Assembly (NCBI GenBank): GCA_951406725.2
Contig: OX597830.1
Coordinates: 56,792,001-56,856,000, forward strand
Direction of reading: 5' to 3'
DNA from: Octopus vulgaris
Taxonomy: Eukaryota
Length of the DNA: 64,000 bases
In this document: piece by piece, positions 28,165 to 42,051 of the stretch
Numbering within the stretch: position 1 is the stretch's first letter
Layout: each line of letters starts with the position of its first letter
Program-made: the position numbers and the translations under genes
Notes under the pieces: generated by a model
What the model was told of the DNA's origin: nothing
Seen by the model: the letters and a program-made list of their open reading frames with translations, nothing else
Database searches by the model: none

Positions 28165-29119
28165 ATTGATTGATTCTAGTTTCACCTCACGAGCTGTGGC
28201 CATGCTGGGGCACCGCCATTTGATGTTGCTACATGGTTTTATTTCACGAATGCTTTTTACAACTGCCATTTGGTGCATGAGAGAGTTCGAAGCAGCTGCT
28301 CTCATCTGCACCTCCTGCCGTGAAGTTGGTTCATCTGGGATACCTGACAAGAAGAGATCCTGTTTCATTTTAAAGACATCTGCATCCACCCCATGCAGGT
28401 CCCTTAGGTTCTTCGGGAGGATATTGAAGAGCTGTGGGCCTCGGAAGCCCAGGCTATCACAGTATCTTGTCCTACATCTTGATGGCAAATTTGGAGTCCT
28501 CGGCACCACGCAGTGGCGCCCAATTCTGGCATTTGTGTAACTCTCAATGCCAAAATTTGTGACAGATGTATATTATGGCATATCTTTCTCGCCTACGCTC
28601 CAAGGAATATAGTTTTAATCTCTTGAGTCTTTCCCAGTAGCTTATATTCTGCACAGAGGCTATCTTCCTCGTGTAGCTACGTTGGATCGCCTCAAATTCT
28701 GTGATCAGCTTGACACTGGATGGTGACCATAGCTGAGAGCAATAGTCAAAGTGGCTTAGGACAAGTGTCATCCAGAGGACCATCATGGTTTCTTGTTCTC
28801 TTGTTCTAAAGGTTCTGAGAATCCATCTGGCCAGTCGTCTACATTTCATTGCCAATTTAGCAACATGTACACGAAAGGTTGCGTCATCACTCATGTGAAG
28901 AACCAGGTCACGCACTGATTGTGCCTGTGGGATTGCAATTCCTCCGGGTCCAGTGTATTCATTGGGTATTGCATTTAGTTTTGCATGCTGATAGCATAAA
29001 GCTTGAAACTTTTCAGCATTGAACTGCATGCTATTCTTTTCAGCCCACTTGTATATTTTGTCCAGCTCACATTGCAGGCGTTTAGTGTCCTCAGGGTTCT
29101 GTATTGCCTGTGAAACTTT
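28164..29119 (-). mobile_element. CR1-group LINE 3' fragment, lineage A
   Basis: C-terminal part of RT and an (ATCA)n tail; arranged tail-to-tail with 25465-27708. Confidence 0.92.
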
Positions 29120-29180
29120 TATATATATACACACATATATATATATATACGTATATATATATATACATATATATATATAC

Positions 29181-29254
<74 letters not shown>

Positions 29255-29578
29255 GTGATGTAGGACAAGATACTCTGATAGCCTGGGTTTCAGAGGCCCA
29301 CAGCTCCTCAATATCGTCCCGAAGAACCTGAGGGACCTGCATGGTGTAGATGCGGATGTCTTTAAAGTAGGACTGGATCTCTTCCTGTCAGGTGTCCCGG
29401 ATGAACCAACTTCACGGCAAGAGGTGCAGATGAGAGCAACTGCATCGAACTCTCTCATGCACCAAATGGCAGTTGCTAAAAAGCATTCGTGAGGTAAAAT
29501 CATGTAGCAAACCACATGGCGGTGCTCCAGCCTGGCCACAGCTCATGAGCTGAAACTGGAAAATTCAAGATCAAATTA
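29255..29578 (+). mobile_element. CR1-group LINE short 3' end, lineage A-like
   Basis: [22 protein letters not shown]; same 3' stem-loop as other lineage A copies. Confidence 0.88.
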
Positions 29579-29609
29579 AAATATATATATATATACACAT
29601 ACATACATA

Positions 29610-29656
<47 letters not shown>

Positions 29657-29670
29657 GTATATATATATAC

Positions 29671-29743
<73 letters not shown>

Positions 29744-29888
29744 TAAACGTATATATATATATATATATATTGTTATATTTCGGAATGGTCATTTTGCCAG
29801 TTGAGCCAATAAAAACACACGCTCTATATATTTGGTGTTACTTTGCTTCAGTGTTATTTATTTTTTACATTAATCTTAATCTTTTTTT

Positions 29889-29933
29889 GGCCAGAGTTCT
29901 TTCGTCACACTCCTGTGACCGCATCAGTGGTCC
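29889..29933 (-). ncRNA. Minimal hammerhead-like motif in the Penelope 3' repeat
   Basis: GGACCA-CTGATGC-G-GTCAC aggagt GTGAC-GAAA-GAAC-TC-TGGCC. Confidence 0.55.
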
Positions 29934-30276
29934 TTTGTTTTCTTCTCACTTATTTGTGTCTCTCCTTACTAACCATCAGCCATTTTGTATTTCTATTGTA
30001 TGTCTTTATTTGCGCATGCTTATATCTCTTTGTGCGTTTATGTTTATTTAGTGTGTGTATGTGGGGGATGTCTGTAATATTTGTATCTTCTGTTTATATA
30101 TGTTCATGTAATTTGTAATTTTATATGTTCATGTAATTTGTATTTTGTTTTTGTTTTTGTTTTTGTTTATTCTTATTTTGTTCATGTGTTTACATCCACC
30201 CATTATTATCATTACATATGCTTGTATGTATGTATGTATAACAACAATACTAGTAATAATAATAATAAATTGAATC

Positions 30277-30339
<63 letters not shown>

Positions 30340-30425
30340 CACACACACATATATATATATATATAGTTAGTTATTTATCTATTTATTTATCTGTGTATTT
30401 ATTATGTTTTCAGGATCCTGTATCG

Positions 30426-31997
30426 TCATATGTTGTGGTGTGTGTTAGTGTTCCATTCTAGTTTTCTATTCAGGCTAGGTTTATTTTCTATTATGTGTGT
30501 AGCTTCTGTAATTTCTCTAATTGTTGCATCTGATCTATGTGTGGATAATATTTTAATTTCTATGTTATTGATTGATCCCCCGTGTTCTTGTTCGGTGTGT
30601 TGGTACAGAATCGATGAGCTTTTACCTTCTTTGAGTTGTCTCCAATGCACATTTATCCGCTCTCCTATGCTTCTTGCCGTTTCCCCTACGTATGTCGTTG
30701 TCTTGTTACTGCATCGTCCATCTATACATCTTATACTATAGACTACATTTCTCGCTTTACAGTTTGTTTGTCGGCTAAATCTACATACAGTACAGTACCT
30801 ATCTGTACAGGGGGTTCTACTAAAAGGATAGGTTCTACCAATTATAGATTTGATAGGGTTGCCTGGCTTTTCAACAACCTTAATTCTTAGCTTAAGTTTG
30901 TCTAGGGTCCTTCTAAAGCGATACGCCAGTTCACCTCCAGGGGTGGTGTCAACGAACATGACACTCTGGTATTTATGGCTATCATACCAAGATTTGGCCT
31001 TCCCTATTTTCTTTTTTGTCCTTTCTATAGTGTTCCATGACTTGTTCCTATAGAGTGGGCAAATACCATTCCTATCATTACATAATATATTATCAAATTT
31101 CTTCATGGCTCCTTTGTATACTCTGATCCTTTCTTTATGGCTGTAACCTGAGAACTGCATGCGGTGAATGAAATATTGTATGTGTCTCTTTAACTCTGTG
31201 GGCTCGCACATGCATGACACATTTCTCATTATTCTGACGAGGTCTGCCATCAAAATATTGAATTTGGCATTGTCCGCAATGGCTGAGTTCCGGTGGATCA
31301 AGTATTTTGAGGCCATAGGTTTTGCATAGTATGAATGAAGGATTTGGGTTTTATTATTCAAAATTTCTAGCCAGAGTTCGGTGTCTAGTACTGGTAGTCT
31401 ATGGTTGGGGTGTTTAGTGGGGTAGTCTATTGTGACCTTAATACTCTGGTGGATGGAGTTATCTATTTGCTGGATGCTCTCCATAGTATTAATTTCTATT
31501 ACTATAATAACATTACTCTCTTGTGGGGGTGCCTTTACCACTATGTTGATATCATCAACATAGCGAGAGTACATGTTTACGAGTATGGAGTTCTGTGTTA
31601 GGCGTTCTTTAAACCTTCTGTCCCACCATACCATGAAAAGGTTGGCCACATCACCAGCGATACTAACGCCGATGGCTGCCCCCTCGTCCTGGGCATATAT
31701 TTTATTATTAAACTTAAACGTGTGGCCTTTTAGGGTAACTCTTATACTAGCTCCTAGTGCATGTGCGATCATTTTCTTTATCTGATGGACATTTGCGGGT
31801 CTCCGTATGGCTCTGGTCCATCCGCGCCATCTTTCTATATGTGTCTTCCTAGCCATAGAAGTAATTGTGGGCGGTCTACCTCTTAAACATCTACTGGGGC
31901 AGAAACTACTAAGATTATGTTTATCTAAGTATTCAGTATTACATGTCAGTCTAAGTAGGAGGCCCAGTTCTTCTGTGTTGACATTACAGAACTCCAC
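30426..31997 (-). CDS. Penelope-like RT/GIY-YIG polyprotein (partial)
   Basis: 523-aa ORF with RYVDD and GIY-YIG motifs. Confidence 0.8.
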   Translation of the reverse strand: MEFCNVNTEELGLLLRLTCNTEYLDKHNLSSFCPSRCLRGRPPTITSMARKTHIERWRGWTRAIRRPANVHQIKKMIAHALGASIRVTLKGHTFKFNNKIYAQDEGAAIGVSIAGDVANLFMVWWDRRFKERLTQNSILVNMYSRYVDDINIVVKAPPQESNVIIVIEINTMESIQQIDNSIHQSIKVTIDYPTKHPNHRLPVLDTELWLEILNNKTQILHSYYAKPMASKYLIHRNSAIADNAKFNILMADLVRIMRNVSCMCEPTELKRHIQYFIHRMQFSGYSHKERIRVYKGAMKKFDNILCNDRNGICPLYRNKSWNTIERTKKKIGKAKSWYDSHKYQSVMFVDTTPGGELAYRFRRTLDKLKLRIKVVEKPGNPIKSIIGRTYPFSRTPCTDRYCTVCRFSRQTNCKARNVVYSIRCIDGRCSNKTTTYVGETARSIGERINVHWRQLKEGKSSSILYQHTEQEHGGSINNIEIKILSTHRSDATIREITEATHIIENKPSLNRKLEWNTNTHHNI

Positions 31998-32586
31998 CTG
32001 GCTCTAATTGATCATCTCCACGCACTTCTCCACCGCAAAATCTACGTCGATCGATGGGTATAGGGATACCACATCCATGCTACCCACCATACATCCTGTC
32101 AGGTCACAAGTGCTGTTACAGTCATCGATCCTGCTGAGGAGATCTTCTGTGCTGTCAAAAACAGCAGGTGACATCCGGATTATAGGGCATATGACCATTG
32201 AGAGGAAGTAGGAGATTCTATAATTGCTAGCGATATTCGCTCCACAGACTGGTGGTGTTGGTGGTCCTGCTATAGGGTCAGTAATTATTTTATGGTCCTT
32301 GCGAAGTCCATACAGTGCCGGGATATCATTGTTCCAGGCTTGGAAATTATTTCCTGTACGTTTCTGGGGTCCCACAACAATTGTCCATATCATCATGTGA
32401 GCGTTGAGGACCTTTTCTCTCTCCTCATGTGCCTGTACAGTTGTTATCTTTGTATTGGCGATATGAGGTTGCATTGCCTGGATGTAGTTCGGTTAGCTGT
32501 CTATTGACATCCTGCCGGACTTATCTCTAGGAAGACATACCAAATCTCCGTTCCTCGTGCGCTGAATGAGCTTATGTAGGCCACAT

Positions 32587-32649
<63 letters not shown>

Positions 32650-32753
32650 ACGTATATATATATACGTATATATATATACGTATATATATACGTATATATA
32701 CGTATATATATATATACGTATATATATATATATATACGTATATATATATATAC

Positions 32754-32787
<34 letters not shown>

Positions 32788-32803
32788 GTATATATATATA
32801 TAC

Positions 32804-32845
<42 letters not shown>

Positions 32846-33168
32846 TAAATATATATATATATAATATATATATATATAATATATATATATACGTATATAT
32901 ATATATACGTATATATATATATATATATAAATATATACGTACATATATATATATACGTATATATATACGTATATATATATATACGTATATATATATATAC
33001 GTATATATATATATATATATAGATACGTATATATATATATAAATACGTATATATATATATATATATATACGTATATATATATATACGTATATATATATAT
33101 GTACGTATATATATATAAATATATACGTATATATATATATAGGTATATATATATACGTATATATATAC

Positions 33169-33205
<37 letters not shown>

Positions 33206-33650
33206 GCGTATATATATATACGTATATATATATACGTATATATATATATACGTATATATATATATATATATAAATATATACGTATATACATATATATACG
33301 TATATATATATATACGTATATATATTTATATACGTATATATTTATATATATATATACGTATATATATATATAAATATATACGTATATAAATATATATATA
33401 TAATATATACGTATATATATATATAAATATATACGTATATATATATATATATAAATATATATACGTATATATATATATATATATACGTATATATATATAT
33501 AATATATACGTATATATATATATATATGAATATATACGTATATATATATATATATATATATACGTATATATATATATATATACGTATATATTTATATATA
33601 TATACGTATATATAAATATATATACGTATATATTTATATATATATATAAT

Positions 33651-33694
<44 letters not shown>

Positions 33695-33748
33695 TACATA
33701 TATATATAAATATATATATATAATAATACATATATATATATATATATA

Positions 33749-33784
<36 letters not shown>

Positions 33785-33791
33785 GTATATA

Positions 33792-33978
<187 letters not shown>

Positions 33979-34007
33979 GTATATATATGCCACAAATGTG
34001 TCCATAT

Positions 34008-34367
34008 TTGGTGCCTAGGACTCCAAACCTGCCATCAAGATGTAGGACAAGATTCTGTGATAGCTTGGGCTTCCGAGGCCCACAGCTCTTCAATATCCTC
34101 CCGAAGAACCTGAGAGACCTGCATGGGGAGGATACAGATGTCTATAAAATGAAGCTGGATCTCTTCCTGTCAGGTGTCCCAGATGAACCAACTTCACGGC
34201 AGGAGGGGCAGATGAGGGCAGCTGCATCGAATTCTCTCATGCACCAAATAGCAGTTGCTAGAAAGCCTCCATGAAGTGAAACCAAGTAGCAACACCAAAT
34301 GGCGGTGCCCCAGCATGGCCACAGCTCATAAGCTGAAACTAGAATCAATCAATGAATCAATCAATCA
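34008..34367 (+). mobile_element. CR1-group LINE 3' end, lineage A
   Basis: [27 protein letters not shown]; (ATCA)n tail. Confidence 0.9.
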
Positions 34368-34394
34368 CATATATATATATATACGTATATATAT

Positions 34395-36932
34395 ATATAT
34401 ATAAATATATATATACATTTAAATATTTGTTGTGCAAGATTTTTTATGTGAAGTCGTGTGTTGAAACAGATATTGTTATATTTCGGAATGGTCATATTGC
34501 CAGTTGAGCCAATAAAAACACACGCACTATATATTCGGTGTTATTTTTGCTTTAGTGATATTTATTTTTTACATTAATCTTAATCTTATTTCGGCCAAAG
34601 TTCTTTCGTCACACTCCTGTGACCGCATCAGTGGTCCTTTGTTTTCTTCTCACTTACTTGTGTCTCTCCTTACTAACCGTCAGCCATTTTGTATTTCTAT
34701 TGTATGTCTTCATTTGCGCATGCTTATATCTCCATGTGCGTCTATGTTTATTTAGTGTGTGTGTGGGGGGATGCCCGTAATATTTCTATCTTCTGTTTAT
34801 ATACATTCTTGTAATTTGTATCTTGTTTTTGTTGTTGTTGCTTTTGTTCGAATTGTGTTCATGTGTTTACATCCACCCATTATTATCATTACATATGCTT
34901 GTATGTATGTATAACAACAATATTAGTAATAATAATAATAAATCTAATCGAAAAAAAAAAAAATATATATATATATACACATATATATATACATATATAC
35001 ACACATGTATACACATATACATATATATATACACACATACATATATATAGTTATTCATTTCTATTTCTTTAACTACCTCTGTATTTATTATGTTTGCAGG
35101 ATCCACTATCGTCATATGTTGTGGTGTGTGCTATTGCTCCATTCTAGTTTTCTATTCAGGCTAGGTTTATTTTCTATTATATGTGTAGCTTCTGTAATTT
35201 GTCTAATTGTTGCATCTGTTCTATGTGTGGACAATATCTTAATCTCTATGTTATTGATTGATCCCCCGTGTTCTTGTTCGGCGTGTTGGTACAGAATCGA
35301 TGAGCTTTTACCTTCCTTGAGTTGTCTCCAATGTTCATTCACCCGCTCTCCAATGCTTCTTGCTGTTTCCCCTACGTATGTTACTGTCTTGTTACTGCAT
35401 CGTCCCTCTATACATCTTATACTATAGACCACATTTCTGGCTTTACAGTTTGTTTGTGGGCTAAATCTACATACAGTGCAATAGTTATCCGTACAGAGAG
35501 TTCTACTAAAAGGATAGGTTCTACCAATTATAGATCTGATAGCGTTGCCTGGCTTTTCAACAACCTTAATTCTTAGTTTCAGTTTATCTAGGGTCCTTCT
35601 AAAGCGGTACGCCAGTTCACCTCCAGGGGTGGTGTCAACGAACATGACACTCTGGTATTTATGGCTATCATACCAAGAGTTGGCCTTCCCTATTTTCTTT
35701 TTTGTCCTTTCTATAGTGTTCCATGACTTGTTCCTCTAGAGTGGGCAAATCCCATTCCTATCATTACATAATATATTATCAAATTTCTTCATGGCTCCTT
35801 TGTATACTCTGATCCTTTCTTTATGGCTGTAACCTGAGAACTGCATGCGGTGAATGAAATACTGTATGTGTCTCTTTAATTCTGTAGGCTCGCACATGCG
35901 TGACACATTTCTCATTATTCTGACGAGGTCTGCCATCAAAATATTGAATTTGGCATTGCCCGCAATGGCTGAGTTCCGGTGGATCAGGTATTTTTAGGCC
36001 ATAGGTTTTGCATAGTATGAATGAAGGATTTGGGTTTTATTTTTCACAATTTCTAGCCAGAGTTCAGTGTCTAGTACTGGTAGTCTATGGTTGGGGTGTT
36101 TAGTGGGGTAGTCTATTGTGACCTTAATACTCTGGTGGATGGAGTTAGCTATTTGCTGGATGCTCTCCATAGTATTAGTTTCTATTACTATATCAACATT
36201 ACTCTCTTGTGGGGGTGCCTTTACTACTATATTGATATCATCAACATAGCGAGAGTACATGTTTACGAGTATGGATTTCTGCAGTAGGCATTCTTTAAGC
36301 CTTCTGTCCCACCATACCATGAAGAGGTTGGCCACATCACCAGCGATACTAACACCGATGGCTGCCCCTTCGTCCTGGGCAGATATTTTATTATTAAATT
36401 TAAATGTATGGCCTTTTAGGGTAACTCTTATACTAGCTCCTAGTGCATGAGCGATCATTTTCTTTACCTGATGGACATTTGCGGGGCTCCGTATGGCTCT
36501 GGTCCATCCGCGCCATCTTTCTATATGTGTCTTCCTAGCCATAGAAGTAATTGTAGGCGGTCTACCACTTAAACATCTACTGGGGCAGAAACTACTAAGA
36601 TTATGTTTATCTAAGTATTCACTATTATATGTCAGTCTAAGTAGGAGGCCCAGTTCTTCTGTGTCGACATTACAGAACTCCACCTGGCTCTCGTTGATCA
36701 TCTCCACGCACTTCTCCACTGCAAAATCTACGTCAATCGATGGGTATAGGGATACCACATCCATGCTACCTACTATACATCCTGTCAAGTCACAAGTTTT
36801 GTTACAGTCACTGATCCTGCTTAGGAGATCTTCTGTGCTGTCACACACATCAGGTGACATCCTGATTATAGGGCGTATGATCATTGAGAGGAAGTAGGAG
36901 ATTCTGTAATTGCTAGCGATATTCGCTCCACA
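34395..36932 (-). mobile_element. Second Penelope-like element, 5'-truncated
   Basis: Closely similar to 29769-32590; stops at 35994 and 35736; GIY-YIG in ORF 35112-35645. Confidence 0.92.
34593..34637 (-). ncRNA. Minimal hammerhead-like motif, second Penelope copy
   Basis: GGACCA-CTGATGC-G-GTCAC aggagt GTGAC-GAAA-GAAC-TT-TGGCC. Confidence 0.55.
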
Positions 36933-36948
36933 GATAACAATACTCATA

Positions 36949-38056
36949 GGAGTTAAACAGCTTCTCCCTGGTCGGAAACCATGTTGGGTGTCAGGCAGCA
37001 AGTCATTCTCTTCAAGGAAGGTGATCAGTTTCCTTCTGACTATTCGTTCCATGACCTTGCTGATGTGTGAGGTCAGAGAGATAGGTCTGTAGTTCTTGGC
37101 CTCCGCACTGCTACCTCCTTTATGAATGGGGCATATTTTACCTTCCTTCAGTTTTCTTGTAAGTTTGCCAGCTGCAAGGAAGCTCTGAAAGAGGAACTGC
37201 AGTGGTCTTGCTAGGACTCTCTTACATACTTTTAGGAGGATTGCCGGGAATCCATCGGGGCCAGTAGCTGAGTCTGTTTTCATTTCATCTATAGCCTTGA
37301 TTACATCGTCTTCCTTTATATCGATGTAATTTATCGTCGCCGCCTCTGACCCCATATCTGGAGTGGTGAAGAAGTCAGTTGGATTGGTGATTTGGAGATG
37401 CCCAAGGGGTGGAGTGAAAACACTCTTGAATTGCTCATTCAGTATTTCACTTACCCTCATTGGTTTTCCTGTAAGTGTGCCATCCTTTTCAAGGAGTGGC
37501 CCTATTCTACAGAGTAGCGTAGCTGTTTCTTTGGCAGACCTGTAGAAAGCTCTGGGGTTAGATTTTATGTTGTCTATAGCCCAGGCTTCTTTGTCTGCTC
37601 TTTCTTTTTCATGGGAGAGTTGCAGACATTTTTCAATTTCCAACAGTTTTATTTTTAGGCGGGACTTTTCACTGCTTTCAATCTGTTTGTTTAGGCGATT
37701 TGAAATTTTTGTACGCCGTCTCATTAATTTTTCCTCTCTCTGGGGATTTTGTCCTTGTGTACAGTGGCCTTTCTCACTGGGACGCATTTGTTGCATATGG
37801 CTTGCATTACAGACATGAATTGTTGAAGTTTCACGTCGATGTCTGGCGAGAAGAGACATTTAGGCCAGTTTTGTTTGAGGATCTCTTTCTCAATTTGTTT
37901 CCAGTTTGCCTTATGGTAGTTCAAGCTGGAAAGATTCTGAGGGTTTCTTGTAGGCTGCATGTCCGTGCTCTCTTTTGGCCCGTACATAGTCATCTCTACC
38001 ATGTTGTGATCCGTGAGTAGTGTCGGTGTCACTTTCACATTATGGATGAGATCCAT
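36949..38056 (-). mobile_element. Internal CR1-group LINE fragment (lineage A) abutting the Penelope element
   Basis: Runs from the end of the endonuclease (TDHNMV) to [12 protein letters not shown]. Confidence 0.9.
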
Positions 38057-38058
38057 AA

Positions 38059-38116
<58 letters not shown>

Positions 38117-38457
38117 GTATATATATATATATACGTATATATTTATATATATATATATATATATACGTATATATATATATATATATATATATACGTATAT
38201 ATATATATTTATATATAAATTTTTTACGTATATATATATATTTATACGTATATATATATATACGTATATATATATATACGTATACATATATATACATATA
38301 TAAATATATATATATACGTATATATATACATATATATATATATATACGTATATATATATATTTATATGTATATATATATAAATATATACGTATATATATA
38401 TATACGTATATATATATAAATATAAATATATACGTATATATATATATATATATATGC

Positions 38458-38495
<38 letters not shown>

Positions 38496-38583
38496 GTATA
38501 TATATATAAATATATATATATAAATATATATATATATACGCATATATATATATATAAATATATACGTATATATATATATATAC

Positions 38584-38633
<50 letters not shown>

Positions 38634-38740
38634 GTATATATTTATATTTATATATATATACATACGTATATATATATATACGTATATATTTATATATATA
38701 TATATACGTATGTATATATATATATTTATATATACGTATA

Positions 38741-38775
<35 letters not shown>

Positions 38776-38963
38776 GTATATATATATATGTATATATATA
38801 TATACGTATATATATATACGTATATATATATACGTATAAATATATATATATATACGTAAAAAAATATATAAATATATATATATATATACGTATATATATA
38901 TATATACGTATATATATATAAATATATACGTATATATATATATATATACGTATATATATATAC

Positions 38964-39023
<60 letters not shown>

Positions 39024-39139
39024 GTATATATTTATATATATATATACGTATATATTTATATATATATATATATAAACGTCTATATATATATATATATAAG
39101 AAAAAAGGTTTGAAAATGCAATTTAAACGATGTTTATTT

Positions 39140-39180
39140 ACTTAACCGGTTTCACTCTTTGGTAAAAGATTGTCAAAAGT
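39140..39180 (-). ncRNA. Minimal hammerhead-like motif, U3-A8 core variant
   Basis: ACTT-TTGACAA-TCTTT tacc AAAGA-GT-GAAA-CCGG-TT-AAGT. Confidence 0.55.
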
Positions 39181-39192
39181 TACATTTAAGGA

Positions 39193-39425
39193 AACATTGA
39201 ATAATATGGGTTCAAAAAACGTTTTTTACATAATTGTCACATTGAATATTATGCATTCAAAAAAGTTGTTTACATAATTGTCCCATTGGATATTATGGGT
39301 TCAAAAAAAGTTTTTTACATAATTGTCACATTGAATATTATGCATTCAAAAAAGTTTTTACATAATTGTCACATTGGATATTATGAATTCAAAAATGTTT
39401 TTTTATACATAATTGTCACATTATT
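39193..39425. repeat. Minisatellite, about 45-bp unit, about 5 copies
   Basis: ttacataattgtcacattgaatattatgcattcaaaaaagtttt is repeated. Confidence 0.85.
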
Positions 39426-39826
39426 TGGGAAAATTTGGCAGAAAAGGATAAAACAAATATATTATTGGGAATTGGTTGCGTTAATTATTGGTTGTCGCAA
39501 ATTGTCACATTACATGTATATATATACAATCTTTGGTATATATATACAGCGTTTTGACAGCAAAAATTAAAATGGATTTTTTGTCCATCTCAGAATATTT
39601 TAAGTATGTTTTTACTGACCTGTTAGTATTAGCAGAAAGGCTGAACTGAGAGAACAGAAGTAGCCAATGGTTGTCGCAAATTGTCACATTACATATATAT
39701 ATATACATATATTTATTAGAAAAAATGAGGTAATCAGATCGGATGGTTCATATAGATATTTATAGATATTTATTTATATATTACATTTTTTACATATATA
39801 TCATATCATTCAGATTATATCATTCG

Positions 39827-39865
39827 GATTAGCGCTTTCTCCCAATCGAGTGGGCTTTTCAAATC
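39827..39865 (-). ncRNA. Minimal hammerhead-like motif, U3-A8 core variant
   Basis: GAT-TTGAAAA-G-CCCA ctcgat TGGG-A-GAAA-GCGC-TA-ATC. Confidence 0.5.
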
Positions 39866-39879
39866 AAATCAAATCAAAT

Positions 39880-39934
<55 letters not shown>

Positions 39935-39984
39935 AATAAATACGTATATATATATATATATACGTATATATATATATACGTATA

Positions 39985-40019
<35 letters not shown>

Positions 40020-40091
40020 GTATATATATATATACGTATATATGTATATATATACGTATATATATATATACGTATATATGTATATATATAC

Positions 40092-40171
<80 letters not shown>

Positions 40172-40249
40172 GTATATATATATATATATACGTATATATA
40201 TATACGTACATATATATATATATATACGTATATATATATATATATATAC

Positions 40250-40280
<31 letters not shown>

Positions 40281-40284
<4 letters not shown>

Positions 40285-42015
40285 CCACTTTACCAGCGGC
40301 CAAAGAGACAAAAATTGAGTACATCAACATCGAAGAAGATGATATCACACTAGCCATTGATGAGATTGACACAAACTCAGCTGCTGGACCTGATGGATTC
40401 CCAGCGATCCTTCTCAAATCGTGCAAACGAGCCCTTGCAAAACCGCTACAGCTTCTTTTTCAGAGCTTTCTTGCAAGTGGTAAGCTCCCAGTCAAACTGA
40501 AAGAGGGCTAATATGCCCTATCCATAAGGGAGGTAGCATAGCAGATGCTAAAACTTATAGGCCTATCTCTCTGACCTCACACATTAGCAAAGTCATGGAA
40601 CGAATAGTCCGTAAGAAACTAATCATGTTCCTTGAAGAAAATGACTTACTGTCTGACACCCAGCATGGATTTCGACCAGGTAGAGGCTGCCTAACACAGC
40701 TCCTGCAACACTATGACTGGGTGTTGAAACAGCTACTAAATGGCTCAAATGTGGATGTAATATATCTCGACTTTGCAAAAGCCTTTGATAAAGTCGACCA
40801 TGGTATGATCTGTCACAAACTGCGTGGTCTCGGCATAGGCGGGAAACTTGGAGAGTGGCTGCACAACTTCCTAAAAGACAGAAAACAGGCAGTTGTGAGC
40901 AATGGAGCCACCTCCAAGGAAACGCAAATAACAAGCGGTGTCCCACAGGGCACTGTCTTGGGGCCACTGATGTTCATAGTGGCCCTTTCAGACATGCCTT
41001 CAGTTGCTACGATGACCACCCTTGCTAGCTATGCAGATGACACAAAAGTCTCCCACGCAATACAAAACCCTGAAAATATTGCGCATCTGCAACATGAGCT
41101 GGACACAATATACAGGTGGGCTGAGGACAACAACATGCAGTTTAATGCAGGTAAGTTCCAGGCCCTGCGCTACTGGCACACAAAGGTAAATGACGTGAAG
41201 ACTGGATACACTGGCCCAGGAAGAATTGCAATCCCTGAGTCAAAATCAGTGCGTGACCTGGGCATTGACATGAGCAATGATGCATCTTTCCAAATGCATA
41301 TTGCTAATCTGGTGATAAAATGCAGACGGCTAGCTGGATGGATTCTCCGAACTTTCAGAACAAGAGAGAAGGAGACACTGATGGTCCTATGGAAAACATT
41401 TGTCCTCAGCCGCTTGGACTACTGCTCCCAACTTTGGTCACCACACAATATAAAACAAACAGCAGAACTCGAAGCAACTCAGAGAAGCTACACAAAGAAA
41501 ATCGTCTCAATGCAAAATGTCAGCTACTGGGAAAGACTGAAGGTATTAAACCTCTTCTCCCTGGAGCGGAGGCGGGAGAGATATGCAGTGATATACATCT
41601 GGAAAATCCTGGAGGGTCTTGTCCCAAACTTCAAAGTTACTCCAACCGCAGAACGGGGCGCCGCTGCGTGGTGCCAAGGATTCCAACATCACCATCAAAA
41701 TACAGGTCCAGATACTGCAACAGCTTGGGTTTCAGAGGACCACAGCTCTTTAACATCCTCCCTAAATGCCTGAGAGACTTACATGGTGTGGATGTGGGTT
41801 TCTTTAAAACTAAACTGGATCTCTTCTTGTTGGGATACCCAGATGAACCTATCTCACGACAGGAGACACGGATGCGGGCAGCAGCATCGAACTCCCTTGT
41901 TGATCAAGTGCCACGTATCAGAGGTGGATTCACAAACTAGTGTAGCTCATTCAGCGGTGGTGCCCCAGCATGGCCGCGGCCTTCGGGCTAAAACATTTTT
42001 AAGGATTTAAGGATT
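40281..42015 (+). mobile_element. CR1-group LINE, 5'-truncated, lineage C
   Basis: 392-aa RT ORF at 40595-41773; AAGGATTT repeat tail. Confidence 0.93.
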
Positions 42016-42051
42016 TATATATATACGTATATATGTATATATATATATACG

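Larger units (their letters stand above)
29769..32590 (-). mobile_element. Penelope-like element (RT + GIY-YIG), 5'-truncated
   Basis: DKSG, SMDVVSLYPSI, QDEGAAIG and RYVDD motifs, then VVYSIRC...YVGET GIY-YIG endonuclease. One stop at 32004. The 3' noncoding region is shared with 34480-34950. Confidence 0.93.

Noticed and set aside
39193-39425. Regular repeats resembling a CRISPR array
   Set aside because: There are no unique spacers; this is a eukaryotic minisatellite.
39629-39660. Possible 26-nt micro-exon on the minus strand (ttctctcag...AACAG|gtcagt)
   Set aside because: It has no TRPM similarity, and its length cannot be reconciled with the reading frame without other evidence.
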